Positions 57,099 through 60,904 of a stretch of 60,904 nucleotides of DNA are shown here, in pieces (positions within the stretch are counted from its first letter, which is position 1; every line of letters begins with the position of its first letter). Under the pieces are notes generated by a model that had not been told where the DNA came from, made no database searches, and was given only the letters and a program-made list of their open reading frames with translations. The translations under genes were made by a program, and so were the position numbers. The stretch covers positions 1 through 60,904 of the forward strand of contig WJLX01000079.1 in NCBI GenBank assembly GCA_014728225.1, in the 5' to 3' direction. This DNA is from Candidatus Coatesbacteria bacterium (GTDB taxonomy: Bacteria; RBG-13-66-14).

Positions 57099-57164
57099 TT
57101 TGCGCCGCTGCCGACGTTTTTGACCCCGCTATCGCCCTATCTTACCACCCGGAGTGATCGCAAC

Positions 57165-58229
57165 TTGACCCCGAAGCAGCAGCGCCTGATCGACGATCCC
57201 GCCGTCTGGGACGCCCTGGTGACGGCCCAGCCCGCCGCGGCGCCTTGTCAATTGTCGGCTTGGGCGCGGTTGAAGGAAGCCTACGGTTATCGTTCCCTGC
57301 GTCTGGCCCTGGAAAGGGAGGCCGGTCCGCCGGTGCTGGGCCAGGTGTTGATCCGCCGGATCGTGCCCCTCGGCGGGGACTGGCTGTACTGCCCCTACGG
57401 TCCCCTGCTCGAGCCCGACGACGCCGCGGGTCTGCAGGCCTGGGTCCGGGCCCTGCTGGCGACGCCGTCGGCCCGGCGGGCCGCCGTACTGACCCTGGAA
57501 CCCCGCCTGGCGCCCGGGGCGCCGGCGATCAGGGTCCTGGTCGAGGGTTCCGCTTTCCGCCCGGCGCGGCAGAGCATCCAGCCCCGAGGAACCTTTTTGC
57601 TGGATCTGCGACCCGCTGTTGAGGAGCTGCGGGCGGGAATGGAGCGCCGTACGCGTTACAACGTCGGGCTGGCCGAGCGTCGCGGCGTCGAAGTGCGGCT
57701 GCAGAACGATGCGGCCGGCGTCGACGTCTTCTGCGATCTGCTGGAGGAGACCGCCGAGCGCCAACGTTTCCTGGCCCACGACCGGAAGTACTACCACCGG
57801 GTTTGGCGAGCCTTCGGCTCCGACGGAGCCGACATCCTGCTGGCCTACTTCGATGGCGAACCCGTCGCCGGGGTGTTCCTGTTATATGCCGGAAGCAACG
57901 CCTACTACGTCTACGGCGCCTCCAGCCACCGCCACGCCAAACAGAAGGGCACCCAGTACGTCCAGTGGAAAGCCGTCCAGCGGGCCCGGGAGCGCGGCGC
58001 CGAGTCGTACGACTTCTGGGGCGCCCCCGTCGAGCCGACCAAGAACCACCCTCTCTGGGGCGTTTACAAGTTCAAGAAAGGCTTTGGCGGCGAGCATACG
58101 GTCTTCTGCGGTCCGCAAGAGCGCGCCCTGACCCTCTGGGGCGGTTTAGCCTGGCGTCACGGTTTACCCTTGGCGCGGCGGCTGCGAAACCTGCTGGTCC
58201 GCGGTCGCACCGCCGACGTGCTGGACTAG
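57165..58229 (+). CDS. FemAB/FemX-family peptidoglycan bridge aminoacyltransferase
   Basis: WARLKEAYGY, YCPYGP, QPRGTFLLDL, RTRYNVGLAERRGV, YVYGAS, YDFWG, GVYKFKKGFGG; TTG start after GGAG. Confidence 0.88.
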   Translation: MTPKQQRLIDDPAVWDALVTAQPAAAPCQLSAWARLKEAYGYRSLRLALEREAGPPVLGQVLIRRIVPLGGDWLYCPYGPLLEPDDAAGLQAWVRALLATPSARRAAVLTLEPRLAPGAPAIRVLVEGSAFRPARQSIQPRGTFLLDLRPAVEELRAGMERRTRYNVGLAERRGVEVRLQNDAAGVDVFCDLLEETAERQRFLAHDRKYYHRVWRAFGSDGADILLAYFDGEPVAGVFLLYAGSNAYYVYGASSHRHAKQKGTQYVQWKAVQRARERGAESYDFWGAPVEPTKNHPLWGVYKFKKGFGGEHTVFCGPQERALTLWGGLAWRHGLPLARRLRNLLVRGRTADVLD

Positions 58230-58239
58230 GAAAGATGCT

Positions 58240-58680
58240 GGGATCATCACAGAAGATGAACATCAGCTATTACAGTGGGGTTCTTATATCGGCGTGAACG
58301 GGTCTGTCATCGCGCCACCGACGAGGCGGGCAATGTGGCGGGGAGGAGCGGGGCGGGGGAGCGGCACGTCAACCGTCCCAGCTTCAACTACCGCTGGCCG
58401 ACGGCGGGCGGGCCTATAAGCAACTGTCGCTCAGCGGCTTCCACCATAAACGCATCAACCATGACAAGACCTTGGTCAATGACAAGGTGCATATCAACGG
58501 CCTCGAGACTTCCGGGACTACGCCAAGCGCCGCCTAACAGCCGACCACGGCGGCTGCAAACGCAACTTCAGACTCTTTATCCGTGAAAGGTCGTTCCGCT
58601 TCAACCATCGAGACGCCGATATCACGCTATACATTCTCAGAAGCAGACTGCGCGCTTGGTCATAATTAGGTGATAATCCC
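58240..58680 (+). mobile_element. Internally deleted IS1595-family element (MITE-like, 441 bp)
   Basis: TIRs GGGATCATCA / TGATAATCCC; flanking 8-mers AAGATGCT / AAGATGAT; left ~150 bp homologous to 360-509; C-terminal transposase fragment HKRINHDK..HINGLE..AKRRL...FRFNHR with a frameshift. Confidence 0.9.
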
Positions 58681-58683
58681 AAG

Positions 58684-58920
58684 ATGATGCTCCGCCTGCT
58701 CGCCATCCTGGCCGGTCTGTTCCTCTACCTGGTGGTGGGGCGCTACCTGTTCCGGGTCTACCTCTGGCTGGGCTGCTTCGCCGACGATGTGCCCTACTCC
58801 GCCCGCAAGCACGAGCTGGCCGAGCTGTCGGGCTGGCAGGTTTTCACCTGGCCGCTGTTGCTGCTGTTTTTACCCTTCTACGCCGTCTGGGTTCTGGCCA
58901 AGCGCCTGACCAACCCCTGA
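58684..58920 (+). CDS. Small membrane protein
   Basis: Two hydrophobic helices, high-GC codon pattern; the start lies in the right TSD. Confidence 0.7.
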   Translation: MMLRLLAILAGLFLYLVVGRYLFRVYLWLGCFADDVPYSARKHELAELSGWQVFTWPLLLLFLPFYAVWVLAKRLTNP

Positions 58921-58965
58921 TCGGTTCGGTGGGTCCGCCCGTCGTCCGTCGCGTGGAGTGAATCC

Positions 58966-60786
58966 ATGAAAAGGCTGATACTGGTCACCGCCCTGCTGCT
59001 GCTCCTGCTGGTCGCCTGCAGCCGGGAGCAGCGCCTGGTCTACCTCGACGAGGGCGAGCTGTACCTTTGGGAAGAGGGAGCCGAGCAGGCCGAGCACTTC
59101 ATCGACCGCGACGACGTCGGTGAGTTTTTCTTCTCCCCCTCGGGCAGGCACGTGGCCTACCTGGTGGAGAAACCCTACTCCGAGCCCTTCTGGTGCTACG
59201 CCGATCTCGAGGAGGCCGGGGAGATCAAGACCCGTTCCCGACCCCTGTTCTCCGGCGCCGGCAGTACCGTGGCCTCAATCAAGGAGCGCGACGACCGCTT
59301 GATCCTGATGGAGGAGGGCGGCGGCGGTCGCATCGACGTCGCCGAGTGGGTCCAGGGCGCCCAGTGGAACTCCGCCGGTGACCAGCTGGCTTACATCGAA
59401 GAGGGGGATCTGAAGGTCTTCGAGCTGGAGACGATGAGCAGCCGCTTCCTCTCCTCGCAAGCTCTGGCCGGACCGGACTTCGTCGCCGACGATCTGGTGC
59501 TGTTCCTGACCGAGGACAACACCCTGGCCGCGGCGGCCACCGACGGTGAAGGGGTCTTCCGCCTGGTCGAGGAGACCCGGGAATACTACATCCCCCGGGA
59601 TCGCAGCGGCCTGGTGCGCGGCGAGCGCCTGGTCTGCGTCGATATCGACCGCGACGCCTACTTGATGGACTTCGACGGCGGTGAGCGCCGCCGCACCGGT
59701 ACCGACACCTACCGGGTGGTTTGGGACCACGATGGATCGCGGTTCTTCCTCATCGAACGCAAGAGCGGCGACTACCTGCTCAGCGTCTATTCAGCCACGG
59801 GACAGCGGCTGCTCGAGCACGAGGAACCCTGGAGCCGTCGCGCCGCCGACACTCTCTGTTGGTCTTGGCGGTCCGACGAGCTGGCCTTCATCAACAAGCG
59901 CGGCGAACTGCAGGTCCTCGATCTGAACGGGCAGACCCGACTGATCTCCGAGGAGGTCCTCGAGGTGGCCTGGGTGCCCAACGAGCGCCGGTTGTTGGTG
60001 CTCGAGCCGCGAGCCGCCGAAGACGAGGAAGCTGTAACCCTGGAAGAGGGCACCGTCGAAGAGACCGAAGCGGTGGAAGAAAACGTCCCGGCATCGACGG
60101 AGCAGGAGGCCGCCGCTCCACCTGCTGACGCCGGAAGCGGGGAAGAGGGGGACACGCCGTCAATCGAAGAGGACGCCGCCGCGCTCCAAGAAGCTGTAGC
60201 AGAAAGCGAGGTCGAAGCCGACGAGGTTGACGCTGAGCAAGCCCCGCCGTCGCCGGACCCGGCTTCGCCGGTTTACCTGGCCACCCTGAGGCCGAACAAG
60301 CGGCTCCACGACTTCCCACCGCCCATCGAGGAAACCGTGCCGACTCCCACCGCCGACAACGAGACAGAGCCCCCGGAGTACGCCGTTTACCTCTACTCCC
60401 TCGAACCCGAGGGCGGACCGCGCCAACTGATCGCCCGCACCGATCACCTGCCGCTGAGCTCCCCCGACGGGCGCTTCCTGCTCTACACCGAGCGCCTAAC
60501 CGACGAGTTGTACAACCTCAATCTGTACTCCCTCGACGAGAGCAACCCCGGTGAGTTGTTCCTGGGCAAGGTGCCGCTGGAGCGCCCCGCGGCCGCCTGG
60601 CAACCCGCCGGCCGCGCCGCCGAGGGCAACTTCAGCGAGGCCCTGCTGACCATCGTCCTGATCGTGGCGGGCGGAGTGCTGCTGCTGATCCTGATCCGCA
60701 GCTACATCCGCCACCGTCGTCAGGACGAGCTGCGCCGCAAACTGGAACGGCAGCGCCGCCTCGAGGAGCGCGACGCCGTCCTCTAA
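58966..60786 (+). CDS. Lipoprotein with TolB/PD40-like beta-propeller repeats, acidic linker and C-terminal TM anchor
   Basis: LLLLVAC lipobox; FSPSGRHVAY, WNSAGDQLAY, WDHDGSRF, SSPDGRFLLY repeats; C-terminal hydrophobic helix followed by an Arg-rich tail. Confidence 0.75.
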   Translation: MKRLILVTALLLLLLVACSREQRLVYLDEGELYLWEEGAEQAEHFIDRDDVGEFFFSPSGRHVAYLVEKPYSEPFWCYADLEEAGEIKTRSRPLFSGAGSTVASIKERDDRLILMEEGGGGRIDVAEWVQGAQWNSAGDQLAYIEEGDLKVFELETMSSRFLSSQALAGPDFVADDLVLFLTEDNTLAAAATDGEGVFRLVEETREYYIPRDRSGLVRGERLVCVDIDRDAYLMDFDGGERRRTGTDTYRVVWDHDGSRFFLIERKSGDYLLSVYSATGQRLLEHEEPWSRRAADTLCWSWRSDELAFINKRGELQVLDLNGQTRLISEEVLEVAWVPNERRLLVLEPRAAEDEEAVTLEEGTVEETEAVEENVPASTEQEAAAPPADAGSGEEGDTPSIEEDAAALQEAVAESEVEADEVDAEQAPPSPDPASPVYLATLRPNKRLHDFPPPIEETVPTPTADNETEPPEYAVYLYSLEPEGGPRQLIARTDHLPLSSPDGRFLLYTERLTDELYNLNLYSLDESNPGELFLGKVPLERPAAAWQPAGRAAEGNFSEALLTIVLIVAGGVLLLILIRSYIRHRRQDELRRKLERQRRLEERDAVL

Positions 60787-60872
60787 TCCGCCCAGACAGC
60801 CGCCGTGCTACAATAGCCTGTCGGCTAACACCACCAGCTTAGGTAAGCACCCTGGTTGAGAAAAGGGTAGAG

Positions 60873-60902
60873 AAATGGGGGAGGCCCGGGCCTCCCCCAT
60901 TT
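60873..60902. repeat. 30-bp perfect palindrome (terminator or operator candidate)
   Basis: aaatgggggaggcccgggcctcccccattt is its own reverse complement. Confidence 0.7.
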
Positions 60903-60904
60903 AC

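Overview
High-GC chromosomal window from a diderm bacterium. It encodes lipoproteins, an outer-membrane beta-barrel and a protein with a T9SS-like/Ig C-terminal tail, consistent with an FCB-related candidate lineage (inference only). Housekeeping and metabolic genes: glgC, a Ppx/GppA phosphatase, an RfaE-type sugar kinase, a menA-like prenyltransferase plus polyprenyl synthase, an N-terminally short selA, acyP, clpP and clpX, and flavin oxidoreductases. Cell-envelope genes: two M23 peptidases, a lytic-transglycosylase-like multidomain protein, a FemX-like transferase, a GT-C-like membrane protein and a 1883-aa thioester alpha-2-macroglobulin. A 4596-aa soluble histidine kinase (about 20 PAS and 10 GAF modules) is followed by a REC-histidine kinase. 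The most striking non-coding feature is a family of eight ~200-bp nested-palindrome elements: a conserved inner core, copy-specific linkers, and arms that co-vary within each copy. Also present: two decayed IS1595 elements (one a 441-bp internal-deletion derivative with TIRs and a near-perfect 8-bp TSD); a 147-bp duplication of the glgC promoter and 5' end, which with the original brackets a 2.9-kb segment containing a sulfatase-like pseudogene; and several REP-like palindromes. No rRNA, tRNA or CRISPR array was recognised.
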